NCBI GenBank assembly: GCA_028534125.1
Contig: CM052818.1
Location: 17,982,001-18,046,000, forward strand
Reading direction: 5' to 3'
Length of the DNA stretch: 64,000 nucleotides
Source: Lama glama
Lineage: Eukaryota
The translations under genes were made by a program, and so were the position numbers. How positions within the stretch are numbered: the stretch's first letter is position 1; each line of letters opens with the position of its first letter. Positions 52,136 to 64,000 of the stretch are shown one piece after another. The notes beneath the pieces were generated by a model. It was not told where the DNA came from, ran no database searches, and was given only the letters and a program-made list of their open reading frames with translations.

Positions 52136-52909
52136 GTCTTCCCAGGGCAGCTCTAATCCTGCCTGGTCCACTGATTCTCCCTTTATGAGTTCTTTTGATT
52201 GGTAATTGAGAGAATAAATCTTTGAAGGACTTACATGAATGTGAAAAATATATATTAAGAGTTCAGTAATAAAATACCTACTAAAGTATTTGATGCAGTC
52301 TCCTCTCAAGGCTTGGCCATTTAATTAATTTTGCTAGACCAAGATTTGAAATCGGGATTCAATTATAAAATTTTGGGTTTTGTTCTTGTTTTTATTTATC
52401 TGATGTTAGGCAATTTCAAATTTTCTATTCTCTGCCCCAAACATGAGTTATCTGTGATAGAGTTAGATAGAAATTGGGTGGGGGAAGAGCCACATCACAT
52501 ACTTAAATAGAAGTCACGTCTATGTAAATGGAATGCTACACGGAGGATTCAGAGGATTAGCGTGGAAAGCATAAGGTCTGATAGGGGAAGGCTAACGATA
52601 TTGGGGTTGTTTACCCTCGAGGGAAAAACAAGACTAATTATTGATTTCTTCAAAATACTGCTTTCATTAAAAGACTCTCTTGTTTAGAATCATAAATAGC
52701 TCCTAGAAAAAGAGTTTAGACAAGCTCCCAGAGGTGAAGAAGCAGGATTTAAACAGACACTCAAATCAGGCTATGAATTTCTCTAAATTTATTTCTCATA
52801 GTTTCCTTACAGGATTCCCCCACCTTCCAAGAAAGTTTTACTCAGTATTCCCCAATGTTCTCAAGGGGAGTCACATAATATCACACTCAATACTAATAAC
52901 AATATTGAC

Positions 52910-53145
52910 AATAATAACCATTACTTATTAAACATCCATTATGTGCCAGTGACTGTTCTAAGCACTTCACACTTTGCAATTATTAATTCTCATTCTCAAA
53001 ATAGCACTACAAAGTAACCATAGTGATGCTCATTTTATATTTTAGGAAACCAAGGCTGGAGAGAAGTTAGACACATTGCCTAAGATCACAAGCTATAAGT
53101 GGAAGAACTAAAAATCCAAACCAGATCTAACTCCAAAGTCTGGGA
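52910..53145 (-). mobile_element. MIR SINE
   Basis: tatgtgccagtgactgttctaagcactt...ctcattttatattttaggaaaccaaggctggagagaagttag...tgcctaagatcaca...tctaactccaaag. Confidence 0.85.
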
Positions 53146-55249
53146 TTTGTCCACACCCCCATGCTCCCACTCTAAGTGACTGCATGATGGAAAAACAGTG
53201 TCATGTACAAAGATGTTCATAGCAAAGTGATTTATAATAATAATGAATGTGAGATTATTCGAAGGTACAACTATATATGAATTATTAAATAAAACTATGG
53301 TAGATGTACTTGATGGAATAAAATAAATGCATAATTAATGTGGACCATGCTTTATATTGCAGCGTTAAATTTGAAAATCCACATGATTACAGACTTGGTT
53401 GAAACCGTGTTTTAAAAATGCCCAGAGTAAGTCTGGAATCAACTTGACTAAAACATCGATAGTGGCTGCAAAGGAATGACGTGATTTGAGGAAATTTTTG
53501 TTGTTCTTTCTATCTTAAATGTATTTAAATTTTCTTTAATAAGAATGTATTGTTCTTACATTTATTTAATAAATATTCTTAGGTAGCACACGATCTCTAA
53601 TGCTGGGAATAAATTAATTCAATTTTCCTTAAAAATCATTCTCTTAGGAAACTTGGTCCATGCTGCTTTTCCCCCCTCCATGGCCTCTCCTTTCTGTCCA
53701 GCTTCCGTCCGGCTCCTCCACTTCAGCGCCTACCACGAGTCTCGTTCTCTCCAAGACCCTTGTCCATACTCCCTCTTCCCACTGCACGTTTTTACCAGGA
53801 CCATACTTTTAGCCTTTGTATAGCCTGGAATTGCTACTTTTCTATTTATTGCAAACATGTTTCATTTCCTAAGGTATATCTCAGTGTCTTATGAACCTCA
53901 ACAAATGTGCCAACGGTCTAATTAATGGAAGCCTTAACACGCTTCTTCCTAGGAGAGCAGCCGGATCGTCCCCATCTCTACTGAGTCCAAAACAAGAGTT
54001 AGGCTTAGCATTCACATGAGGAAGGAGACTTAGCATTTGTTCCTAAGAAATACTCACTGCCATTAAAAGCTGTTATGTGCTTACGTAAGTAGCCAAGTGG
54101 CATTTTGGATTTACCACACTGGAGAGTGTTACTAATAATTTGGCTTGATGGATATTATCTTTGGTGAAGCTGTAATTACACGAAAATGGTATCTGAAGAG
54201 TCATCCTCCGTTTCAAGAATTATTTGATGTTCTACTCCTTTAAACAAACAAAAAAGATTTATTTTTCCCTCCTTGCAACAAAATGCAATTGACAATAACT
54301 TCTAAGCCACACTCTTTTCCTAAGTTAATAGAGTCTATATAAAAAGTAAAGAGAACCCTCCCAGGAGAGATGATTTTGCTTTTTGTAGGTACCTTTGAGG
54401 GTCGACAGGAGATTAGCTGAAAGTGTATGAACATGAGTCTTTTTAAAATTGTGTAGCCCTAAGATGTTATTTCCTTTCATTTGCTTCTCTTTGAGAAAAT
54501 AGAATCTTAGCTTTGTAGCCCCATCCATATATCAAAAGATGCTTGAAAACAAATACTCTGTTTTATCCATCTCAGTGTCTGCTAGAAACTGGAATTGTGC
54601 TTAGTTAACATAGCAAATACTAAATAAGTACTCAGTGACTGTATGAGTGAATACATTTTTATCTCCTGTTACTCCGTGCAGGCAAATCTTGAGCCTGGGC
54701 ATAATATAGACATGCAGGAGAAGCTGTTCCTCTAGGGACAGAAAATGTTGACAGATTCACAGTTTCTTGCAAGATCTATCAGGTAATTTCATTGTTCCTT
54801 CTATGTCACAACCTGCAGAAGCTAACATATATGTCCACACACCGACTGGCCAACTTCATGAATGTAAAATCTCATTGAGCTCTAAGATTCTTAGAACTGA
54901 GGGCCAGTTCCATTCCCTCAGCCTGATAGAGAACAAGGGAAGATCATGGATTGAAACGTCTGCAGGGAAGACTGGCAAGTGCACAAGAGTTTCTTATGAC
55001 AAATGATTTAGTTTAAATGCTCTAGCAGTCTCTGGGTATGAAATACTCGAAGTCTCTGAATTATGGGGCAAAGCGCCCACTGGATTAAGTTGAGAGAACT
55101 TCTTACAGTATGAGTTAGCTTTCTGTACTTTGTCATTCCCAGAGAAAGGTTGCTTTTTAAACTCTAGGAAAAATCTTTCCCAAACAAAAATGAAAGCAAC
55201 CAATTAGTAGATTTCAAATTTAGAGTAAGAAACGATCAAGTTTAGACAG

Positions 55250-55373
55250 AGGGTGATCTGACAATTTACCATCCAAATTTGGATACTTCTGTTCTGAAAA
55301 AGTCTAAGTAGGACTGAACGGGAAACCAGGTATAAATAGGGATTCCCTGGGAAAATCCATGTGTAGTCACCAC
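55250..55373. mobile_element. hAT-Blackjack MITE (MER81-like)
   Basis: TIR-like agggtgatc ... gtcaccac; internal aatttaccatccaaatttggatactt and aggtataaatagggattccctgggaaaat. Confidence 0.6.
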
Positions 55374-56550
55374 ATGAGAAACCTCGACTGGCTCCTTGTG
55401 TGACCTGGGGAAAGTTACTGTCATCCTTTATATTTCACTTCATTGAGGAAAATTAATTTATGACTTCAGTAAACACTTGAATTGAATATCTACTCTGTTC
55501 AGCATCATGCACGCTGTTGGGGTGAAAATAAAAACATTTTAAGTTCAGGACTTTCATTTCAGAAAGATTACCATCAAGTAATTGAGTAAATAAGAGCATG
55601 TCTTACACAGGAGAAGCTTGTCATTCCTAGACTTAATAGTCAGGTTTCAACAGTTACTATGTGTTCAAAGTTTGTAACAGAGGAATTTGTAATTTTGAAG
55701 AGGCATGAATTTGAATTATGATGCATAAGATTTGGGGATCTGTATGGAGAGTAGGGGTGGAAGGGAAATATTTTAGCTAGTAAGTTAGCTAGCAAGCAAA
55801 CGGCTCATCAACTCAGCATCTGCAATTCAGTGGGGATTTGCTTTCTCCACTATTTCTTATCGGGTAAACAACTGGTAGAAGGAATAGTAAGGCCTGTTAG
55901 TATTTGTGAATTCAGAGATTTAGGGTCTCAGGACAATTCCTTTCAGAATATCAAGGATCAACTATGTATCATGTACGGCTTCCCTTCCTCTACCCTCTGT
56001 AAGGCTCATTTTTGACTCATTCAATAAAGCTTATAAATTCGTTTACTTATTCCAAATATATAGGTATTTTCATGTTCAAACATCTCCTATGAAGGTAATA
56101 TCCTAGTGCAGATCAGCTTATCAGAACAATTTCTAATCTTGACTGCGAGTTAAGAGGTTAGATTCCTAGAAGCAGAGATATTGGGAGGAGACAGATGAAG
56201 AGTGGAAATGGATTAGGAGAACAGCAAGGATTCATTTTGCTTCTCACAGCCTGGCCCAGGGTAAAGTGAAAGTAAGGAATGCTGAATATTCGGGTCTATA
56301 ATTATTTCAGACTGAGCATGAGGAAATGCCATATACCTTCAACACCTGGATTTATTGTTGCTACTATGAGATCAACATTTTCTTCTTACAAGAGAACCAT
56401 GAACTATTTCTGCCAGGTCACACAGGAGCCCTTCAGGATAGATGAGCAGAAACAGATATGTTTCTCTTGTACATTTCTCTTACTCAACACCCTACCCACA
56501 TTTCTGCCTTGTTACTTGATGGAAAAAAACTTTGTTGAGCTTCTACCAGG

Positions 56551-57028
56551 TGTCAGGAACTATGCTGACTGCTGACTCCTTCACAGCCTCCACCAGAGAA
56601 GCGTGTTGATCAGGCAAAGCTGAATGTATTAGAGGTACCGCAACAAGGGAGAAAAACCACACTCCTAGTCTTATTAGCGTCTCAGAGGAGAGTCGGGGAA
56701 AGATATTTAGAGGGTTTTGGAGACCTGCCTCACTCACATGATTTACGGTGAGTCTTTCTAGGTGGGGAGAGGTTGTTAGAACTGGGCAAAATGCATAAGG
56801 AGAGTTTTAAATTAGTCAACATACAAATTTAAATTTAATAAGAAAACAGTTGCTTGGTAAGTGAGCTGTTTGCCCCAGTGAGAAGAAGGTCGGCCCATAA
56901 GAGAACTGTTTGCCCAGATGAACAAACAGGTTGCCTGGATAAACTGATTTGCCAGAATTGCCTGAAACAAACAGCCAACTTTGTGTTTGTTCACAGTCTT
57001 CTCTTTACAGTTAAGTTTTATTGACACA
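56551..57028 (-). mobile_element. Ancient LTR (LTR78-like)
   Basis: tgtcagga...gctgactgctgactccttcaca...ttgatcaggcaaag...; internal repeated ctgtttgccc units; ends ...ca. Confidence 0.5.
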
Positions 57029-57301
57029 GACACTCTTGCTTCTCAGTTTTGTGGATATAAAGTTGAGTAAGACATATTCCTGATCTCAAGGCTTTACTGT
57101 CTGTTGTGGATGACCAGACATGCAAGGAAATAACTGTGCTGGGAGAGGAAGGAGCAGATATAACATATGACAGAGACAATAAAAGGACCTAATTGTTGAT
57201 TAGATATGAGCAATGAGAAAGAAAAAATCTAGAATGTTTCCTTTCTTACTTGGATGTTTTGTCAAATATTGGCAACACTATATAAGACAGAAAATATGGG
57301 T

Positions 57302-57608
57302 AAAAATAGGTGGAGGACAAAAATAAAGAATGGTGTCCATTCTAGACAGGTTGGTGCTGAGAAGCCTTAGGACAGTCTCATGTAGACAGTACGTGGGTAG
57401 GTGGCCACATGGGTCAGTATTTGGGGGAAAGACCTCCAACAGGGCATTAAATGCAAATATCATCCAGTCTTAGCACAGCCCATGGACACAGGCAAGATCA
57501 ACTACAGAGTGAAAAGAAAAACAAAGATGAAAACTTGGGTAACTTCAGGATTTAAGAGACAAGAAGAAGAGAATCCAGCCAAAGAGATCAAAGGGGTAAC
57601 TCAGAAAT
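57302..57608 (-). repeat. Left arm of inverted duplication (L2-like sequence)
   Basis: 57302-57372 matches the reverse complement of 58574-58644 at 63/71 nt; similarity continues to ~57608. Confidence 0.85.
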
Positions 57609-57940
57609 CAAAAGAATACAGAATTTTAATCAATAGGGAGAGTCAAAAGTATCCAACACTGCAGATGAGTGGCTAAGGCATAGGCTAGAGGTAGCCAATT
57701 TGATAACTGGCATGTTAAGGATAACTTGCATGCTGATAATTAGACTGGAGTGAAAAGAACACAAGCCTAGAACAGAGGTTTCTCAGTCTCTCTCTTCTAG
57801 TTGAACACCTCAGTATAGACTCTCTACTGTTTTAGAACATACAAAGATACTTGTTTGCCTTTCTCTCAGTAGTGTTCATGGTAATGCATCTCTGTCACCT
57901 CTCAGAGTCACCGACTGCAATACCTCAGTGTCATGGGCAT

Positions 57941-57941
57941 T

Positions 57942-57984
<43 letters not shown>
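57941..57984. repeat. (TTTA)11 microsatellite
   Basis: Read directly. Confidence 0.95.
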
Positions 57985-57985
<1 letters not shown>

Positions 57986-57989
57986 TTTT

Positions 57990-58320
57990 TGTCTAACTGA
58001 CTTCCTTCCTATGTTTGGGGAATCTCCGTCTCAGGAAGTGTGGTGCGAAGCAGGTCCCACTTCCCATGACAGAAGAGGAAAAGGTCAGATACTCTCTTTT
58101 CCATCCTCCCTTGCAGCTCAGACATGATCAGTGATCTACATTTCATCAGATTCGCCAGTGCTAGAATTTGATACAGGAGCTAATGATGCCACGAATCAGA
58201 AACCTTGCAGGAATCTGTCTCCGGAAGCAGGAGCGCTTACAACCTGATCAAGTTTCTGGCTAAACAGCTGGGACCATTAAAAAGTCAACTGCTTGGGGGC
58301 AGCAGCAGCAGCAGGAGTGG
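57990..58320 (+). mobile_element. ERVL LTR33-like fragment
   Basis: tttggggaatct...cctcccttgcagctcag...tttgatacaggagctaatgatgc...gcagcagcagcagc. Confidence 0.5.
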
Positions 58321-58330
58321 CTTCCTCGCC

Positions 58331-58644
58331 ATTTTTGAGTTATCTTTGTTGATCCCTCTGGTTGAATTATTTCTTTAAATTGTGAAGTTATTTAGGATTT
58401 AATCAGTGTTTTTCTTTTGACTCTGCACACCCTGTAGCTGGTCATGTCTGTCCATGGGATATACCACTAGCTAAGCCTGGAGGATGTTTGCATTTAATGT
58501 CTGGCTGTAGGTCTCTCTCCTTCAAACACTGACGCATACAGCCAACTACCTGCTTATCATCTCTACTTGATTCTCCCAAGGCATCTCAGCATCAACCTGC
58601 CTAGAATGGACACCATTCTTTACCTTTCTCCTCCATCTATTTTT
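58331..58644 (+). repeat. Right arm of inverted duplication (L2-like sequence)
   Basis: Reverse complement of the left arm, including an exact 22-mer (58601-58622 vs 57324-57345). Confidence 0.85.
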
Positions 58645-58764
58645 GTGTGTGTCGTGCTGGCTCTGTAGTACTAAGAGCAATAGCTGACACTTACTGAGAG
58701 CCAACTATGTGTCAGGTACTGTCTTAAGAGTTTTCTTTGACTAGGGCACAGGATGAGTCAATCT

Positions 58765-58985
58765 GAGTCTCAGCACTGTTCACACTGCAGGCTGGGTAAT
58801 TCTTTGTTTTCTGTACGTGGGTCAGGGAGGAGGTCTGTCCTGTGTATTCTAGGATTTGTAGCAGCAACCCTGGTCTCTACCCACTAGATGCCAGTAGCAC
58901 CCTACTGGCAATGAAAGTGACAATAAACAAATGTCTTTCTGGACACTGCTAAACACCTGCTGGAGGGTGAAATAAACTTCCACTT
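58765..58985 (-). mobile_element. MER20 (hAT-Charlie) DNA transposon
   Basis: ctgtcctgtgtattctaggatttgtagcagcaaccctggtctctacccactagatgccagtagcaccc...gtgaca...aaatgtct. Confidence 0.85.
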
Positions 58986-59794
58986 AGATTCGTCATATGA
59001 AGCCATTCAGTATTCACAACCACCCCAAGATGTGAGCACCAAGCTAGATTCTCCAGACCTCCAGAAGATTCAATTCGATCTTATTTTAATGAATCTGGTG
59101 GTGGGGTCCAAATCAGCCTTTGTCAGAATCTGTTAGTTCTGGTTTCTGCTGTTAGCAAACGTAAACTTACTTGGTGGAATGTCTCATGCCTCTTAATTCT
59201 ATTCTCACTGAAATCTCAAAATAGTTGCTGCATTCCCTTGGACAGCAAATCCTTGGCTCTTACATAATCAGAACCCTGGTGTTAATGAGACATTCCTGCA
59301 TGGGAGTTAGTAGGTTGGGAGAGAGCGACGGTTTTCTCTGTTTCTCCAATCCAGTAAGGTGACTTTCAAGCTTAATTAGCTTTATTCCCTGACACGGGGG
59401 CCAGTACTTCTGCAGCCCCCATTAAAGTCTTATCAGTAAAATAGAAGGCTCTACTGTCCTCTTTTAATGAGGCAAATCCACACCGTATTTTCCAAACAGT
59501 AGGTCAGAGTAAATCTCTTTTTTCCCTTAAAATTGTGGATGTAAGGTAAGTGGGTAGTTAGTTCATCCCTTGACTAGGCGCTCCCCTGGAGAGCCTACTT
59601 TGTTATTTGAAACACTCAACTTTTCCCCAGGGCATCACCTTGGTAAGTATCTACCGACCTCTCAGAAATCTCTTGGTAACTTACAAAATCAAGCCTCTTG
59701 CCTGTTCAGAAGCAGTAGGCTGAACACAAAGACCATCACTTTACAACGTGTTGCACCCAAACATCTTCCAAGTGCTTTTGTTTTTATTAGGGAG

Positions 59795-60025
59795 GCAGGG
59801 CGGTGTGGTTAGTTAAGCACATGGGTTTATAATCAAACTGAAGGGTTCCAACCCTGCCTCAGCTTCTCCTGCCTGCTTGGCCATGGAGAGTTTGCCTGAC
59901 CTCTCCTAGTCTCAGCCACCTCATTCATAAAATAGAGGGAATCATGTAAAGGTAACATTGTGAGAATGAAATGAGATGAGAAAATGGTATTGATTCAGCA
60001 AATGGTAATCATTATCATTACTGTT
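59795..60025 (+). mobile_element. MIR SINE
   Basis: ggcagggcggtgtggttagttaagcacatggg...gggttccaaccctgcctc...gtgagaatgaaatgagatga. Confidence 0.75.
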
Positions 60026-62089
60026 ATTTAATTGTGTCCTTTCCCCCTAGCTTACAGATATTTGCTGATCATATCTTTTTCCTTATATGTGCCAACTGAA
60101 TTCTCCAAATTCTAGTTCCTGGGACTACCCAGTCTGCGATCCTTGGGCCTTATTTTTCTGCTGTCTTCACAATTTGCAGAGACCTTTCACAAGCATCATC
60201 TCATTTGATCTTCCAACTATGCAATCACACAAGGAAGTCGGGTGTTACAGAGGGTGAATCCATAGTGTAGAAAGGACATGCGCAGGGATCTCCTCGAGGC
60301 CTGCTGACATCTCTTTGGGTGTTCTTCCCCATACATTGCAGACCATCACAAGGTCACACTTGTCTCATAATTTTTTTTCTTAAACTTATATCTTTTTCAT
60401 TATTTGTTAAGTGAGGGGGTTGAACTAGAGGATCACTCAATGTTTCTACCACTCTTAACCATCAATGAACTCACACAACAGGTTCAAGTGAGTCGAGACC
60501 ATGTGGACAATTGGCAAAGGATGTCGTCTCTAAGCCAGACCAGATGAAAGAAAAGTCAGAATCAGGTGTAGCTAAATGTCAAAAGCCTCTGAGGACACTT
60601 TGCCATGCTGCTGTCCTGACTCCGTCTTTACCCTCATAATCAGTGACACCAAAGGAATTCTGCCTTCACCCCTGTCCAACTGAGAGTCACCACTCTGACT
60701 CAGCTTTTCAGCACTGCTGCTATATCACTGGCTTCTCTTCTTGACCTAAGTCAGCATTTCCTTTCCAATTCCAGCTCTCTGTGTTTAACTCCCCACTGTT
60801 AACTACACTTTGCTTCTGGGTGCTATAATTCTGGACTGTCTCCCAATCCTTACCTGTTCTCTGATCTCCCAGAAACAGGAAAACTCTAAAACCCATCCAC
60901 CAATTTCTGAGAACTCTAAGAGTTGGGCTCTCTCTTTTCCTAGCCTCTGGAAACTCATCTAATGGGACTTTGAATCTGAATCTTATTTACCAGGACTTCC
61001 TGGTGTAGATTCAACTGTGTAATCACAGAGTCTTTACATAGAAAACTCCTAAGGGATCAGTCTTGGACAGGACAATGGCTATCACCAAGTTTGGAAAGCT
61101 GCAGAGACACAGACTTCCCACATGAGGGAATACGGCGCTTCCCTTTACTAAACCTTTAGATTTATTGCATCCTCTGATTAGAGTGTCAAGTGTAAAGGAA
61201 ACTTCCTTTGCTAGAAGTGGATGAGGAGTCCTACCTACAGACATTGATAACATAAACAAAAGACTGCCTGTTATCCCTTTAGGAGATGCCGAGAACCATC
61301 GGCCATAGAAAACAACTATAAGAATTTTGTAAAATTTCTAGAACCTTCCTAACTTTCCTGGTAATGCTATTTTTGCTATTACCATCTGTTTCCCCATAGT
61401 GATTAGCATTAAACTTCTTAAAATAAAAAGAGTCTGTGTGCTTATCTTCAGGACATTAGGAAAGAAGAAAGCAGAAATATAGCTTCATACTCTCCAGGCA
61501 GACTTGCAAGAGAAAGATCCAAAAAGGTTAGAGGGGTGGTAGCAGTTTTCAAAGGAGAGAAAAGTGGGATGAAACCCACTTCCTTGACACCTATGAAAAA
61601 GAGGGGAAAAAGTAGAATCAACTAGGGTCTAAGATGGGACTTGGGACTAGATAGAACAAAATTCTTTATGAGATTTCCCCAAGATTTGTTTCAGAAATTT
61701 ACCTGAAGGTGGGCAATTGATTAGCAGAAATATACTTGAAGGTGAGAGTTAGGGACGTTCTTTCTGATATCTCTTGGGATGAGAGGAGAGTAAGTACCTT
61801 TTTAGTTAGGGCAGTTGAGTGAGAATCTTACTCCTGAGAGGTAATAATAACTTGTGGAAATACACTAGTTTGGGTGTCAAGAGACTTCAATTCAATTCTG
61901 AATCTCTCTTTCACCAATAATATGAACTTGGTGAATTCATTCTCTTTGGAACTCAGTTTGCACATATCTTAACTTACAGATTAGGAATGAACAATGGTTA
62001 AGGTTAATTTAAGTGACAGTAGCAGAAGCAGCAAAACTCTTGATTCACAAATTACTTGGCTGTCTATATTTAAATCCTATGTGATATTT

Positions 62090-63935
62090 ATTTCAAAAGC
62101 TACCAAAATATAAGCAAGTTTAGCAAGGTTGCAAAATATAAGATCAATACAAAAATCAATTTTATTTGATATGTGTTAGCAATAAATAATTAGAAATTAA
62201 AAATGAAAAAATCATTTATAATGATATTTAAAAATATGAAATACTTTGGAATAATTCTGACCAAATATCTTTAAGACCTTTATACTGAGAACTACAAAAT
62301 ATTGCTGAGAAAAATTAAAGAAGACTTAAATAAATGAAAAGATCATAGACTAAAAGACTCACTGTTGTTATTATGTTAATTCTCCCCAAGATCTATAAAT
62401 TCAACATAGTCAAAATCCCAGGAGAATTATTTTTAGCAAAAATTGACAAATTGATTCCAAAATTTATCTGAAAATGCAAAGAATCTATTATCATCAAAAT
62501 ATCTTTGAAAAAGAACAAAGTTAGAGGTCTTATATTATTTGACTTCAAGACTTATTATAAGGCTACAATAATCAAAAGAGTGAGGTATTGGTGGCAACAC
62601 AAACAGATTAATAAAACAGAATGGAGTAGACAAATGCACTCATAAGTATTTGCTCAATTGAATTTTGACAATTGAATTAAATAGAGCCTTTACAAAAAGT
62701 GACAATTGAAATAATTTGATATTCATGTAAAAAAGAATGGACTTTGCTCCATACTTCTCACCATATGTAAAAATAAATTAAAAATGGATCACAGTCCTAG
62801 AGGTACAATCTAAAACTTCCAGAAAAAATATGTGAGAGAATCTCATGAACTTGGGTTAGACAAAAAATTCTTACATATAATACCAAAGCATAAGCAATAA
62901 AATAAGTTTGTTCATTTGACTTCATTATTAAGACATTATTAAGGAAAAAAAAAGACCAACCACCTACAGAAAGAAACCATTTGCAAACCATATATCTGAT
63001 AAAAGATTTGTATTTGGAATATATAAGAAACAATTCTCAAATCTCAATAATGACAAAAATAAATAATAATTGGGCCAAAAAATTCAACCATTACTCCACC
63101 TTTTCTGGTATATAGACAGTAAATAAGCACATGGAAATGTACTCAATGTTGTAAGTCATTAGGGAAAGGCAAATTAAAACCTTAATGAAATTCACCTATC
63201 AGAATGTCTGAAATTAAGACTGACCATACCAAATACTGACCAGGATATGGAGAAACTGGAATGCTCCTACACTACTAACAAGAATGTAAATTAAATCCAC
63301 TTTGGAAAACAATTTGGCAGTTTCTCATAAAGTTAAATGTGTATCTACCATATGTTCCATCTTTTCTACTCCCAGGGCTTTATTCAAGTGAAATAAAAGC
63401 AGGTGTTCATAAAAAGAGTTCTAGACAAATGTTCATGGCAGCTTTATTTGTTGGAGCTAAAGATTGGAAACCAGCTAAATACCCATCAACAGGTGAGTGG
63501 GTAAACACACGTGGCACATCCATGCAATGGACCACGGCTCCACAATAAAAGGAATAAATGACTGATACATGCAAAAGTAAGGATGACTCTCAAAACAATT
63601 ACTCTGAGAAAAAGAAGACAGACAATAGAAGGTACGGACTTTATGATTCCACGATTCTGTTTTTATAAAATTCTCAAAAATGCAGACTAATCACTAGTGA
63701 CAGAAAGCAGATCAGGTTCCTGGGGATGAGCCTCAGGAATGGGGAGTTGGCAAGGGAGGGACTGCCAAGGGGCCCAAAGACTCTATGGTGTGATGAATAT
63801 ATTCACTATCTAGATTTTGATGATGGTTTAACCAGGATGTGTCAAAAGTTATCATAGCCGTCTCTGTATATGGTTTATTTATAATTTGTTTGTGTAGTTA
63901 CTATAATTTTACCTCAATAAAACTATTAAAAAAAT
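62090..63935 (+). mobile_element. L1 (L1MB/L1MC-like) ORF2 3' half and 3' UTR
   Basis: agtttagcaaggttgcaaaatataagatcaatacaaaaatcaatt...; ORF QMFMAALFVGAKDWKPAKYPSTGEWVN; ends ctcAATAAAactattaaaaaaa. Confidence 0.92.
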
Positions 63936-64000
63936 CAGATGACTTGTCCAGACTGAGAGAAGATATCCAAAGGCCCAGAAACTTATCAAGTAGCCAGAGA

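Noticed and set aside
1..64000. CRISPR arrays, operons, prokaryotic defence systems, NUMTs, intact ERV or transposase genes
   Set aside because: None seen: the sequence is mammalian non-coding DNA with no regularly spaced repeats, and the longest listed ORF is 129 aa.

Overview
AT-rich, CpG-depleted mammalian nuclear DNA, almost certainly from a camelid (camel/llama/alpaca): it carries a Vic-1-type tRNA-derived SINE and an L1 with a cetartiodactyl-type 3' UTR. I can recognise no protein-coding exon. The only ORFs resembling known proteins are decayed L1 ORF2 pieces. Roughly half the window is interspersed repeats (L1/HAL1, L2, MIR, ERV1/ERVL/MaLR LTRs, hAT fossils). Subfamily names are from memory of consensus sequences, not a RepeatMasker run, and boundaries are approximate unless a TSD is given. 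Main non-repeat signals: (i) one small CpG-rich promoter-like island (~45190-45435) with an RFX X-box, two NRF1-like sites and a CACGTG E-box, followed by a strong minus-strand splice donor at 44946, suggesting a first exon of a long leftward transcript of unknown identity; (ii) on that strand, a textbook recursive-splice-site motif (branch point, pyrimidine tract, TAG|GTAAGT) at 26645-26675; (iii) a ~310-bp inverted duplication (57302-57608 / 58331-58644) more similar than independent L2 copies should be; (iv) several motif-dense unique segments resembling developmental enhancers (PBX-HOX/MEIS, POU, GATA, E-box cluster); (v) a ~95-bp AT-rich palindrome. I cannot name the locus, and no novel system is demonstrated; the items above are hypotheses.
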